Positions 12,857 to 25,523 of a DNA stretch of 64,000 nt are shown one piece after another. The stretch is from Neolecta irregularis DAH-3 (lineage: Eukaryota), in NCBI GenBank assembly GCA_001929475.1, contig LXFE01000167.1:1-64000 (forward strand). The letters are read 5' to 3'. Each line of letters opens with the position of its first letter. Position 1 is the stretch's first letter. Under the pieces are notes generated by a model. It ran no database searches. It was not told where the DNA came from and saw only the letters and a list, made by a program, of their open reading frames with translations. The position numbers were made by a program, and so were the translations under genes.

Positions 12857-14417
12857 TCAAAGATGGATAAAGTCCTGGCGAAAGCTTGAATCTGTTTCAG
12901 ATTCTGACATTTGGTCCGAATCCACATCATCAACACTGGAACTTGACTCACTGTCATGGTCAGACTCTTTCTCACTCGAATTGGCATCAGCGCTTTCATC
13001 AACGGAAAGATCTGCCTGAACAGGACTGGCCAGCCATTCGATTGGCCGAATCACATTGTCGATCACCATTGGCATAATGGGATTCCGTCGAAGATTTCGA
13101 GCTCTCGCTACGTGAGGAAGCTTACACTTAGCATTCGGACATGTGCCCTTCCTGTCGAACTCTGGACATTCATGAACATGTCGATCCTTACACTGTGCAC
13201 CTTGTTCACAATAGCCGTTAGTCGCAAAGTCTCGGCAAACAGGAGCTGTAGGGTTGACATGAACATGTGAAAACTTGCATCCTAGATTGGTACAAGTCCC
13301 CCGAGCAAAGAAATTGCACATAGGGACTCGATGAGGTGTTGGAGCATGCGACAGATCACAGGAGGACCCTAAACTGCAAGTTCCCTTCAAGACCCGAGGG
13401 CAAAGAGCCGTTTTGTCAGCATCGTGAATATACTGACATGCCGAGCCTCGAGTGCACGTACCTAGAGAACGACGTTAGAACAATTCTATAGTGCTACGAT
13501 CGATGATCGTTGCAACTGTAACGATTGAATACCGGTCCGCGTAAAGAAACTGCACAATTTGGTTTCTTTATTGTTGAATGAACTGGGTTTTCAGCGTCCG
13601 CCTCTAACGATGTAGCGCACCTTTTTATCTTCCGATTGATAGCGCTAGCAAGAACAAGGTTTCCGCCTTTGCTACGAATATACTCCACGCCAGCCACGGT
13701 AACCCTCCTTGGAGTCAAAGTTGAAGCAGTAGAAGAATCAGAAAGATCAACTTGCCGTTTTTTAGGTTGAGCCATACCTTGAAGTCGAAGCAATTTGCTA
13801 CCACCAGCAGAGACGACATACTTGATTCCGTTTACTGTGACTTGATTTCGCGCTGAGTTTGCGAGATGCAAAGCCAACCTCTGCTTCTCACATTCTTTTT
13901 GATTCTTTTGCGCTGATTCAGTCTTTTGAATCGCCACTCTTCGAGCACTGGACTTTTCTTTGAAGACGTCTTGGCTGATAATTTGAAGATGGCGCTCACG
14001 TTTTTGCACCCAGCCACCTGTAGCAGCAGCAGAAGAATCTGGGGAAAAAGCCAGGTCTTGTTGCATTGCCGCATTCTTATTATTTGAAGTAACCCCTGAA
14101 GAGTTTTTCGTCAATACCAGGGAACGGTGTCGCGATACATTCGCCTGCAAAGGACGAAAGTAAGGTTTCTGCTGATTCATGGATCGTTGGGCTGCAGAGA
14201 TTGTGAGCTTTGGGCTGGAAGGTTACAGAAACGTGCAATGTGGATGGTAATAGCCTTGGTGCGCAATTAATGCAGCAGAAGCAGTAGGATCCTGAGCATG
14301 TTTGTGTCTGTTGATGGCACCTGAAAAGCCTTAGTAGATGGCTGGATCAGACTGAAACATGCCGGCCAGTGAAGCGATATGTCTTTTAAGTTCCTCTTCA
14401 TCGGCTCCAGTCATCAT
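12857..14417 (-). CDS. Tandem CCCH zinc-finger protein, Red5/ZC3H3-like
   Basis: N-terminus EEELKRHIASLAGAINRHKH after a GC-AG intron. Multiple C-x7/8-C-x4/5-C-x3-H fingers at the C-terminus. Confidence 0.8.
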
Positions 14418-14613
14418 AGCAATGCGAAACACGGTAAATGTGCAGCAGCTAAGGGCGGTGTGGTGGTGGAAAGGGGAGGTTGTGGATTCTCAAGTCATGC
14501 GCCGCGTTGTTTCATGAGTATGTCATATACTAAAATTGCAAAACTCCGCATCCTTCACTCCGGATTCGGCATTTGATAATCATCCATTACCTCTATCTGC
14601 AAGGTCATTATAC

Positions 14614-15779
14614 CTAGGAATGATTAACTTGCATGTTCATAAAGCAAAAGTACTTTTCCTTCCATATCCACGAGCGCCCAGGTTCCTTGTTTCCTTTTTC
14701 TTCTGCCATTCTATATATCAATAGGCGCCGACAACCTGGAGTACCGGTAGTAGTGCGCAGCTGCCTTCTTATCCGTCTTGCAGCCTATGCCGTTGAGGTA
14801 ACAGTATGCTTCGCGGTCAAGATTGGTAGGAACAACGGAAATCAAACCGACTTCAGCCATAGCATCTGCATCACCAAGGCGAGCAGCAACTTCATAGTGT
14901 TGCCTGGCAGCCACCTGATCCCTCTTGACTCCCTGAATGTCATGAGAAAATTACTCCAATTGATGAGTTTGCTCTACCCATCCATTTCTGTACGAATTAC
15001 CCAATTCATATATCGCAAGCGTTAAGGCACCTTTCCCGACTGTTGAACTGAGTGCAGTAATTTCGAAATCAGCGGCACTAGGCATTGGCAAATGTTAAGG
15101 CTTGGGAACTATAAACCTTTGAGCTGCTGCCTTGAGATATAGAAGCGCCTTGTCTGGGTCTGTGCGACATCCCCAACCATGACTAAGGGAATTTTTCAGT
15201 CCCGAAAAAAACAGATAATACCGTAACGAGAGGCCGTATAAAAGCTGCCCAAATGATGATACTCCTTCTCTCGCATTTGCAACTTGTCCAAACAGGCGCG
15301 TCGCCCTTTCTAAATCTAGCTTTTGTTAGCTTTAATTTGATATGGGACTAGCCTCCATGTTCATGGAAACAAATAGCCCTGTTCATCAATTGTTCAATGC
15401 TGAGATATTTGTCTTCTTCCTCCTCTTCACCCAGTCGCTTAAGATTCTCTAGATCTTCTTGCATAAAGGCATTATCGCTTATCACCTCGGATCGATTCAA
15501 TTTGGGCAATACTGAAGGCCCAGGTGAATGTGCAAGTATTGTCGCACGCTTCTCCCAATCCCTTTCTGTATCCCCACCAGACTCCAGACTGTGTGTACGT
15601 GACTTGAAAGACTTTACCAGTTCCGGCTTGGTAAAAATTGTGAATAGCGATCTCCGGTTTCGCATCTTCTTAGACTTGTCTGGTATCGCGATATCGTCCG
15701 GACCCAGGTCATCCTTGGATTTTGATTTTGACTTCGTGATACGGCGGGAGATCTTATTGAAAGGATTGCGGGTTGACAT
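14614..15779 (-). CDS. Sel1-like repeat protein, Dsf2/Nif1 family
   Basis: AICFHEHGDLERAT..., LLYGLSLRHGWGC, YEVAARLGDADAMAEVAYCYLNGIGCKTDKKAAAHYYR, terminal SWIWKEKY. Confidence 0.8.
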
Positions 15780-16167
15780 GTGGGTTAAGGGCGCCTATCA
15801 GTGCTTGTCCAAAAATTACTCCTAAAAATAAAAGCTGAGAACAGGGGACGATTTTATTAATTGTCACATTTCAGTTCATATCGGGCCGATATACCCACTA
15901 TAAAGATATTTGTGCTAAGAGATATAGAGGGGTGAATTGTCAAAGGGTGTGAATCAGGAACAGGCAACCTTTCTACAAGTTCATTTTACCGTAGAGTCTG
16001 TAATTTTGAAAAAGCTCCGTTAGGTATATTTTTGACAAATAAAATTTGTCTATAAAAAATGCATTGTAACTGTCGAAACGAACAAAACTAGGCGAAGAAC
16101 AATGCTATGACACCTTAGACCGTCATGAGTTGGAAACGCCACCCAAAATTAGAAACCACGTACTGCC

Positions 16168-19100
16168 TCAGAATCCATAGCTGAGTAGATCAATCCAGAT
16201 ATTCATGCCTTGGTGAGTTTCTGCTTTAAAAAAATAGGAATTATTGGCCGTATAAACTGCAAAGACATTCACTTTCTAGATCGTCAGTGTAACACTGGCT
16301 TCTAGAATATCTCACTTCTAGAATTGTCTCAAGCTCTCTTCTATTATCTGTTCGAGCCGACTCGATATTGATCATGAACTGGATATTCGTCTCTGCCTTT
16401 GTATCATATATATAAAGGTATGGCCTGCGGAGAACAAGCCACCGTTTAACCCAACTCTCCCGTATTTCGTCAGGCATTAAAAGATATCCTGAAAGAGATA
16501 CCTTACGACTGCAAAATCTTTAGTTTAGATAAAGCAATGTCATCGTACCTCTTGGAAACAAGGTGAGCGATACCGTTAGGCCTCGAAATCAGTGGCGGAA
16601 CAGCTGTGCGCGGGCTTTGAATTGTTGAAGCGCCGGAAGACTTCGGCCTTTCCATGATTGTCTGCTATATCAGAGTAATTCATTTTTAAGATCATACTGC
16701 TCTTTGACGCCTTACGAAAGATTTCCATATTCGTACACATCTTTGGACAAGTATATCTCTTTCTTCTACGGGAGTTTCGGGCAAGGTGATACGACATAAA
16801 TGTTGACGAGTAAACTCGGTCAATATAGCGAATGATGCTTTCTTTCGAAACTCTAAATAGTCTTCAATTAAGGACGTTCCCCTCGGTTTCCAGTCATTGA
16901 GAACCTCATCGCCATTTAGACGCTCATCGCCAGTATTTTTCCGCCATAGATCTTCTATAAATATAACAGGAGGAGGCTTGAGTATGACGCGATAAAGATA
17001 AGTAGATGATCTCAGTCGCCGGGAAGATGATATGAATCGCGATAGTCCAGATGGTGAATGACCACCGCGCGGTCGGATATGTACCGCAAAGTCCAAATTG
17101 AAATTTATCGGCTTAGACACTTTTTCCGAGACTGCAACCCAGGAAAGCGTTAAAATGACTTTCTCGCCGGAGTTAGTGGCTCGATCTAGGTAAGGTGATC
17201 CATGGACCGACGAATCCCAACCAATTATAATAATCGCAGCCATAGAGCCGTCGGAAGAGTATTTGACTGATATTGGAGATATAGAATTGAGATTAATTGA
17301 CTCCACTTGTTCGGTGCATCTCGACCTTCTTCCTTTTGTATCCCATAAACGAATATGGCCGATGCTCAGATTTATAAGATCATTTATAGGAAATTGAAGG
17401 CCAGACTGATGACTTAAGGTGAGAGCCAAGCGTCTTTGTGTGCCCTGATGAAGGTAGAATACCCCATCATCAGCTTGATTGCTGGTAATGACGTTTGTTG
17501 ACTTGTACTTTCCGTTAGTTGCGAGTTCCTTGATCTCTAATCGGGCCATCACATCGTGTCCTTCCTCTTTCTGATAACATGATTCTGGACGCCGCTCTTC
17601 GTCACTCGGATTAGGCAACCCATTTCCTTGGCGCATCTCATCCCATGATGACAATTTTTCGAGATGAAGATTTTTAACACGAGCAAATAATGCTAACCGA
17701 AGAGTTCGAGTGTCGAACCTTCCAGTATCCTCTACCATAGCTTGGATGGTATGGCGACTCTCAAACCTGATCGAATCTAATGCGCCCTTTCTAGCCGAAC
17801 TTGATGAACTCGCAATCACAAAATCAGAATATGAATTCGTAAGGCTTCTGAGATAGCACTGCATATGTACCTCTTCGAATTCGTTAGGAATCAGACCATA
17901 GATTTTACTGATTGATAGATCAATGGTACAGATCTGAGTTTTCTGCATATCTTGCAGAGTTGATTGACTGACGATTGTTATTGCTGGTACAATTGACAAC
18001 TCAACCATAGCGACGACCTGATATGTAAATGGAGAAATCAAAGGTAGTCGCATATCATGCGAGTTTTCAAGCGGGAGTAGGATTGGGATGTCAGTATACC
18101 CAACGAGTGTGAAAGCAGGTGTGGATCGCTCAAAAGCAGAAAATTCACTTTTGAAATGTTGCGCATACTCCGGACGATCTTTATACTGCCGCATTTTGCG
18201 CATTTTGTCAATCCAACCATGTAATTGTGCAATAGACCAAACGTATATGCTGTTCTTGCGATAATCCATAACTCGAACCAAGACACAACATTCATTTCGT
18301 ATACAGTCATCGATTTCAGAGCATATGATATCTTGGTCAAACCGCGACACCGGTACACGTCCTTCGGATATAGCAAATTGAAAGGAAAGTCGCTGACGCA
18401 GCTGATTTGCCAGAATCTGAGCTTCCTTTAAGAAAACGGCTTCTTCGAATAGAATTTCTGCGATACGGACGGTGCAAATTTTTCGCCATTTCGTTGCGAT
18501 CGGTCGAGCAATTTCTTTCTCTCGTACTGTTAGACGTGGAAGTTGACCTTTGTTGATATCTTCAAGTCGGGCCTCAAATTCTAATCTTTGTTCCTCTAAA
18601 TTTCGCTCCATTTCCTCGCGCATATCTATCAATTGCTCAAACATATCCTTCTTTTCCGCAATCTGCAGCCTTTCAATGTCTGTATTTCTAAGTTCCTCAT
18701 CCGGAAAGATTGGTAATGTAATTGTTGTCTCCAAAGAAAACTCGTCGTAGGTGCTTTGAGAGCGATAATTCTCTCGAAGAGCATGGGAAGAAGTAACAGA
18801 ATCATCATCGTCCGCAAGCGAATCCAGACGACTATCTGACCTGCGCTTTCGAAGCGTTCGGACTCTTTGCAAGTCTTCAAATAATTGATCCAGTTCGTCG
18901 TCTTTAAGAGTATTGATATTGGAATTTGGACCAAGCATTGACAGCGCAGCCTCTCTACGAGCGAAAAACCAATCGGGCTGGACAGAGGGATCGACATCAG
19001 AATTTGGAGGGGATGTTCGTTGCGGTGAATCAGAATCTATGTCATGTTCTGTGATGACGTTTCGAAGTGGACTCATGGTAGAATAACTTTGACTGATAGA

Positions 19101-21248
19101 ATGACGGACTTTACTTCTCTCAGCTCGAGCTTCCTCGGGATGATTGAATCTAAATATATGAAAATCTCCTAAAATGATGCGATAGCCGGATCGTAAACGA
19201 CGTTTCTGTGTACATCGCAATCCATTGACCATGACATTAGCTCCTTCATGAGGAAATAGAGTAACAATCCCATCAAGATTATCGAAATGACAATGTTCAC
19301 TCTTGATTTTAGAACCACTCAGGCGTATTTCCATTTCTGAGATGCTAGTAACATTTCCAACTCGGGTTATTCCACTTCGTATATTGTAGACTAAACATTC
19401 GGCAAGCAGTGGGTCATCGCTCAGATTAACCAAATGCGGCATCTTCTTGGGTGTGCTATAGGTCAAGCAGATTCTCTATAAAATATACCTCAGTCCAATG
19501 AAACCTTTCTCTATGCTAATTCCGAGATCCTCGAGCGCCTTCTCTCGCTCTTTCTGAATAATTTGAGTTTTCAGAAGCTTTTCTTCCCAAGTCTGATTTA
19601 ATTCTTTCATGAGTTTCTCTGAAGTTTCCATTTGTTCGGCAATTTCGGCTTTCGTGACTTTTCGAACAGTTCCGTCGATAGTTTGGAATGATATAACTTG
19701 CATTTCTGGTGATACCTGCATATCAAAGTTATCCTCGACAGACCCAGAGGCATATCGGCTTCGTAGAGCTGCCAATTCTTCTTTCAATTCTCGAATAACT
19801 TTAGCATTCGGATCCTCGTTGACAACTGCATGATTTCTGATCCTTTTCGCTGAATCTGCATAACGAAGCGTAGAAAGAGTTTCGTCGTAGTTGATCAAAG
19901 CAGGCGATAAGGCTGCAATGATAGTGGTTTTGCTACACTTTAAAAAACAATCAAGCCAAGGGTAAAGCGAACCTATTTCCTCCAAGACTGTCTTTAAGGA
20001 GCCAAGTGAGAACAGAATCACGATAAGGTACAAGAATTTCCTTCTTCTTTTTACCTCCGCTGGACTGGTCAGCCAATGCGGCGATGACCCGGCCGAGAGT
20101 CGATAAGGAACGGTTGATTTCGGCACCTTCTTTCAATCGCGCACCCTAACAAGTTTCAAGTCTGAGACTTTGATGATGGTACCTTTGCGCCTGTCGAATT
20201 GGCTCGTTCCGAACCCGCCAAATCAACTAGATTGATCCGGGAGACTTTCTCTGTATCCATGTTGGTTTCGGCATCGTGCCAGACCTGAGAGAGGGTAAGA
20301 GTGAAGACTGCATGTGAACGGCCTAGAGCATCGGTACTTTACTGCCGCAAGAAGGTTTACTTGAGGTTTCGTTCATCTTGGTAGCGGCCACTGTACGAGC
20401 TTTATTTCCCTCATCCATTAAATTCTCTATTTCTTCGAAAGAATTGACGGCCAGTTTGGACTATCTCCATTAGACGGATCGACAAATTGCTATTTACCAA
20501 ATCCTCAACGTACGGACCAAGCGCAGGATGTTCACGAACTTTCAAATTGCCTTTGTTGGTTGGGTTTAAGAGATCACGGACTTTCTCTGAGAGGTCAGTT
20601 ATGAATCCCATTTTTGCCTCACCATTGTAAATTTCCATGTAAGAAACTTCTACTGAAGCCTGGTAATCGACACTTGCCTTCAAGCGTCTGAGAGTAAGCA
20701 TTTACTCAATCCAATTACAAGTTCATACTTCCTGTTGAAAATCTCCATACAGATTCGCGGAATAATCCCCTTTTCTTCTCCGTATCCCATCATAGAATAT
20801 GACTTTCCGCTCCCGGTTTGACCATATGCAACTATGCAATTGTTGAATCCTTGGAATGCATTCTCCAAAAGCGACACTCCCAAATCATTGAACAATACAT
20901 CTTGAGAAGCTAAATGTCAAGTCAATCTAATTTCTCAACAGATAATACCATAATGAGGATCTTCCCTGTTGAAACTCCAATAAGACTTATCAAAAGTGAA
21001 AGATTTAGATGTTTCTGGATGGTCTTTAGTTTTGGGATCCGGAATCTCCCCCGCGTCGAGAATGGTTTGGTCTCCTTGCATCTGAATGCAACACTGAGCT
21101 CCAAGTGCAATTTCTAGATCACCATTAATGTCTCTGGCTACGATCCAAGAGATACCTCGTGAATTGAGTGGTCTAACTCGCACAACTGGAAATCAATATG
21201 TACCAAGAACGATCCGACTGGCATACCAACTTGGATATTGCTACTCAT
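16168..21248 (-). CDS. Kinesin-3 (Unc-104/KIF1A type): motor, FHA, DUF3694-like and PH domains (about 14 introns)
   Basis: [64 protein letters not shown] + FHA, C-terminal PH ([16 protein letters not shown]). Confidence 0.96.
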
Positions 21249-21665
21249 ATTGAGTTCTAAATTTCACTAAACGCAATTCAAAGAGTGACTAAAGCGACAA
21301 AAACAAGTGGAGAAATCTGCACTGAGATAATACCGGCCCCTTTTAAAGCGGGAAGCAAACGCCCAAAACGTATGCCAAGTCGTCAAACTCGAGTTTGTAG
21401 TCAATCCTCTACAACCATCACCGTATGACAATATCACGAATGTCTGAGATTGCAGCAGATCGACTAGATATAATCTGGTGGAAATTTAGAGAAGGGCTGG
21501 GGTCACAAATTTAAGCGATTTACTCCGATAGCTTCGATCCAACGGTATATGCAGATGCTTCGCCTGGGCTGACTGACAGTCCCATAAGCCGCCCTGTACA
21601 ATGTGTTATTCAATCTAACTGGAAAATTGAATACTAATGTGCAACGAAATGGATTACGGTCAACT

Positions 21666-24600
21666 CTACGGTATGCCAAACATCGATTTGAGATGTTTGA
21701 CGAGGCCCCATTCCTCCTTGGTGACATCATTTCGATAAAACTCCTTGAGTGTATCAATCGATTTACGACTGATTAATGAGTAGAGAACATCCGATTCATC
21801 CAGATGTCGTCCAAATAAAGGCTGACTTGAGCCTTCTATTTTAATGGCAACTCCTGCTCCGGCTTGGCCTTTCTTGACAGAATCTACCGTCTTGTGATTC
21901 ACTTCCATGCTTACTCTATAGTAAGGATCAGGAAGTAAGACAAAACTAGTGACTTACATCCTACCGAGCTCCATTGTAATCTTTTCATGAGTAACAGGGT
22001 CTATTTTTAGCGCACATATGGGTGTGCCGACCTTTAGCACACCTTCTGCTACATCAACGCCAAGAACGATTGGGTCCTTTTTATTGAAAACAGCAAGGGT
22101 TTTCAAAATACATGGGAATACCACCTGGTGAGCTGATTCCTTACGCCGAAGTTCCGTAATTTCTTTTTGATAGGCGGTAAAAGCATCGAATAGGTGGTAA
22201 ATGATATTTGCCGAAAATATCTTCACCCCAACTTCTTCCGCTAAAACTTCTGCGTCCTTGTCAACTTTGACATCGAAACACAATATAACTGCAAGCCTAA
22301 AATTCTGTCAAAATACGGATGACAGCCGTCATTTCATACTCTTTGGCTTTCTCGAGCATCGTTCCAGCTCTCATAATATCCTTCTTGTATACAGGACCAA
22401 TGTTAATCGCCGAAACTGGTATTTTACTGGTTCTCAGGAATTCGAGCAAAGCTTCGAGAGAACCAAGCGTTGATGCTTGAACGCATACACCACGTCCAGA
22501 AGTATCAATACGACTCATCAAATCTTGTAGGTCCTCCATGACTTCATCCTTCAAGTCTTCTTCGTCATCATCAGGTCCAACTACAAGCAATCGAGACCCG
22601 GCAATAGCTTTTTCGAGATCGTGAGCGGTAATCTTGACTCCCAAAGCAGCCTTGACTTCTTTGTGGTGGACGTAAGTTCCCTTAACTCGCATTTCTTTGA
22701 GAGGTTGAGGAGTCAGTAACGCACGGACATTCGTTGCAATTGCTCCATTTAGACCACAAAGCACAATACGATCACCTTCACGTAGGACACCGTTCGAAAG
22801 AACTACATCTATCGTCGTCCCGAGACCTTCAATAACTTTTACTTCAAGGACAGTGCACTCGAGTTCGGATAAGTACATCAATGTATCGCTCATACGATTT
22901 TGAGTGAGGCTGACAAGAAGCATCAGCATATCGGGTACGCCTTCGCCTGTAATAGCCGATGTTGGCACCAAAGAAACATTTTTTGCCATATTCTTGTTTT
23001 CCCAATAAACCTCTGAATTGAGACCTTGCTCAGCCAAAGCGACTTTGGTGTCAAGGAGACGCTTCTCGAACTCGTTCCTAACGGCTTGCGTCTGTTTGGA
23101 TAGAGATTCGCGAACAGCACAGTCAGGAGTTGCTTGCCACAGGTAAAGACGATCGATCTGAGATGTAAGAGCCAGAGTGAACGATGGTATATACTTTATT
23201 CAAAGCGACAATGAAGGGTGTCTTTTTATCTCTCAACAATCGTAATGATTCGATCGTCTGAGGTTCGAGACCGTGCATGATATCGATGACAAGGATTGCG
23301 ATATTGCACAACGATGAGCCACGAGTTCGAAGGTTCGTAAAAGATTCATGTCCCGGGGTATCAATGACCAGAAGACCAGGAACTTTATACTCTTGTTTCC
23401 CGTCCTAAAGCTTCGTCAGAACCCTATCTACTGCACGAACCTTATTGAGACAAAAGGTCTTCTTCTTGATTACATCCATTGGGAAATACGTTGCACCGAT
23501 TTGTTGAGTAATACCACCAGCTTCACCTTCTTGGACGTTCGTCTGACGGATCTTGTCGAGAAGTTTAGTTTTACCAGTATCGACATGGCCGAGAATACAG
23601 CATATGGGCGAGCGTAGATCATCTTTCGAGCGTGCTGCCAATGCTTCCTGGTGACGTTTCTGCTGTTAGAAGCATTCCTCAATGCAGACAAACCTCCCTG
23701 CGATCAGCAGCTTCGACCTTCCGCTGAGCTTCCATCTTCCGTGTTGTGGATTGTAGTACTTCGTCATCTTCAGAATTAGTACCGCTCTCGTCTTCATTTC
23801 CATCCTGGCCCTCGTCCTCGTCTTCACTGTGTGACTTCTCTTCATCGATATTATCGAGTGCTTTGGATAGAATAGGTTTTAAGGATTTCTCATTATCCGA
23901 GGGAATATCCCATGAATCTTTCACGTCATCATCACTCTGTATGCCAGCTTCCCAATCGTCTGCAACAATTATTTCATCCTGTTCGACCGGTTGTGCTATG
24001 ACAATGGCCTCGGACTGCTCGGGCGGGTTGGCAGCTTCTATCGCTATTTCTTTCACAGCAATTTCCGTTTGCTTAGCTCTATCACCCTTCTTTTTCCGCG
24101 AACCATAGGCAGGTCGCCTAGGCCTCAAATCCGCCGAATCTGCTTGTTCAAGACCAGCCACAATTATATTTCCTGCCTCAAGCATTTGTTCTTTTCGCCG
24201 TTCAGCCATCTTTTGTTGCTCTTTTTGTCTTTTCGTAAGATATTTTCCGGATGCTTTCAATTGCTCCTTCTTGGCCTAAACTTGTAAGACACGACTTTAT
24301 GTACTGAAGCATATCCTCTCGCGCTCCTTCTTGAGTTGTTTCTGTTCCTCGATCCGCTGAGCATCCTCGGCGGCCTTGCGTTCTTCCTCTTCTATACGCC
24401 TGATATTAGTTCATATCTTTCAGAAAGACGTCCAATTTCTCTTCTGCTTCGGCGCGCAGTCTCGCTTCCTCTGCCGCCCTTTGCTGCTCCACAAGTTTAC
24501 GCAGAGCACCGACAGGGGCTTTGGACTTTTTTGGAATAGGCTCGGTAGCCTTAGTCTTCTTCTTCTTCTTCTTCCTAGAGCATTAACAAAAACTGCGGTG

Positions 24601-25188
24601 ATATGACACACTTGGTTGAGGCTGTTGTACCTTCCTGTTCATCCCTAGAGGCACCCTCTTCATTTTCGGGTCTGTTGTTGTCAGTAATTTCAGACCCTGG
24701 CTCAGAAGCTTCTGTCTTCCGAGTCTCTCCCTTGACCTCTGTTATATATTTGTCGATTGGATCGCTTCTTGTAATCAAAGAATTCTTTTTCTCCATCTAT
24801 GCAAATCTCAATGTCTTGAAGAAAATTAACATACCTGTTCATTTTTCTTCGCCTTTTCTCTCTCCTTTTCCTTTTTCGATTTAATCCGAAATTCCGAACT
24901 CTCATCGCCATTTTGAATATTTGAGTGGGTTTCATCTTCAGATACGGGCGAGGATGCCTCTTCCAGTCGCTGTTGTTTCTTCGCTTTGCCCTTCTTAGAT
25001 CCTTTCTTTAAGGTTGACATGAGGCCTCCAAAGTCATCATCAAGTCGATCGGTGTCTTCTTGATGGTGCAAAATCGCGGCATTTGAATCAATGGGCCCTT
25101 TAGGTGTTTCTTGAAAAGCATCGTGGCCAAGATCCTCATCCCACCGATCCTCCAGGGCCTTCTTTCCCTTGGTTCCTTGTTTACCCAT
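21666..25188 (-). CDS. FUN12: Translation initiation factor eIF5B (about 9 introns, two non-canonical)
   Basis: [70 protein letters not shown]-terminal [14 protein letters not shown]. Confidence 0.97.
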
Positions 25189-25523
25189 GCTGGCTCTTTA
25201 CAACCAGCTGTGTGACGTTGCTTGAACAGCGAAATCTTTCCGTAACCGGCAGCAATGTTGCAACGAAACAAGATACATAGATAAATCCAATCGGGGGTAA
25301 AATTTATCCTAGTATACACTATCTGTATATACCTTCGTATAGATGAGCAAAAAGAACCGGGAGTTGGCTCGACCAAAAAAACGCCTCTATCAAATCTGAG
25401 CATTGCCTCAACCGGACGCCTGTCGGATGCATATCATACCGAGATCTGGTCACTAGCTGCCTGATTCAAACCCTCCAGTTAAATCGTCTCGGAAATTTTG
25501 GGAAATAACTTCGATTATCCCAT

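Noticed and set aside
13739-13777. Possible GT-TG intron (GTATGG...TTGATCTTTCTG) in the Red5-like gene
   Set aside because: It is 39 nt, in frame and stop-free, so it may simply be coding. It cannot be called without RNA data and is not counted among the non-canonical introns.
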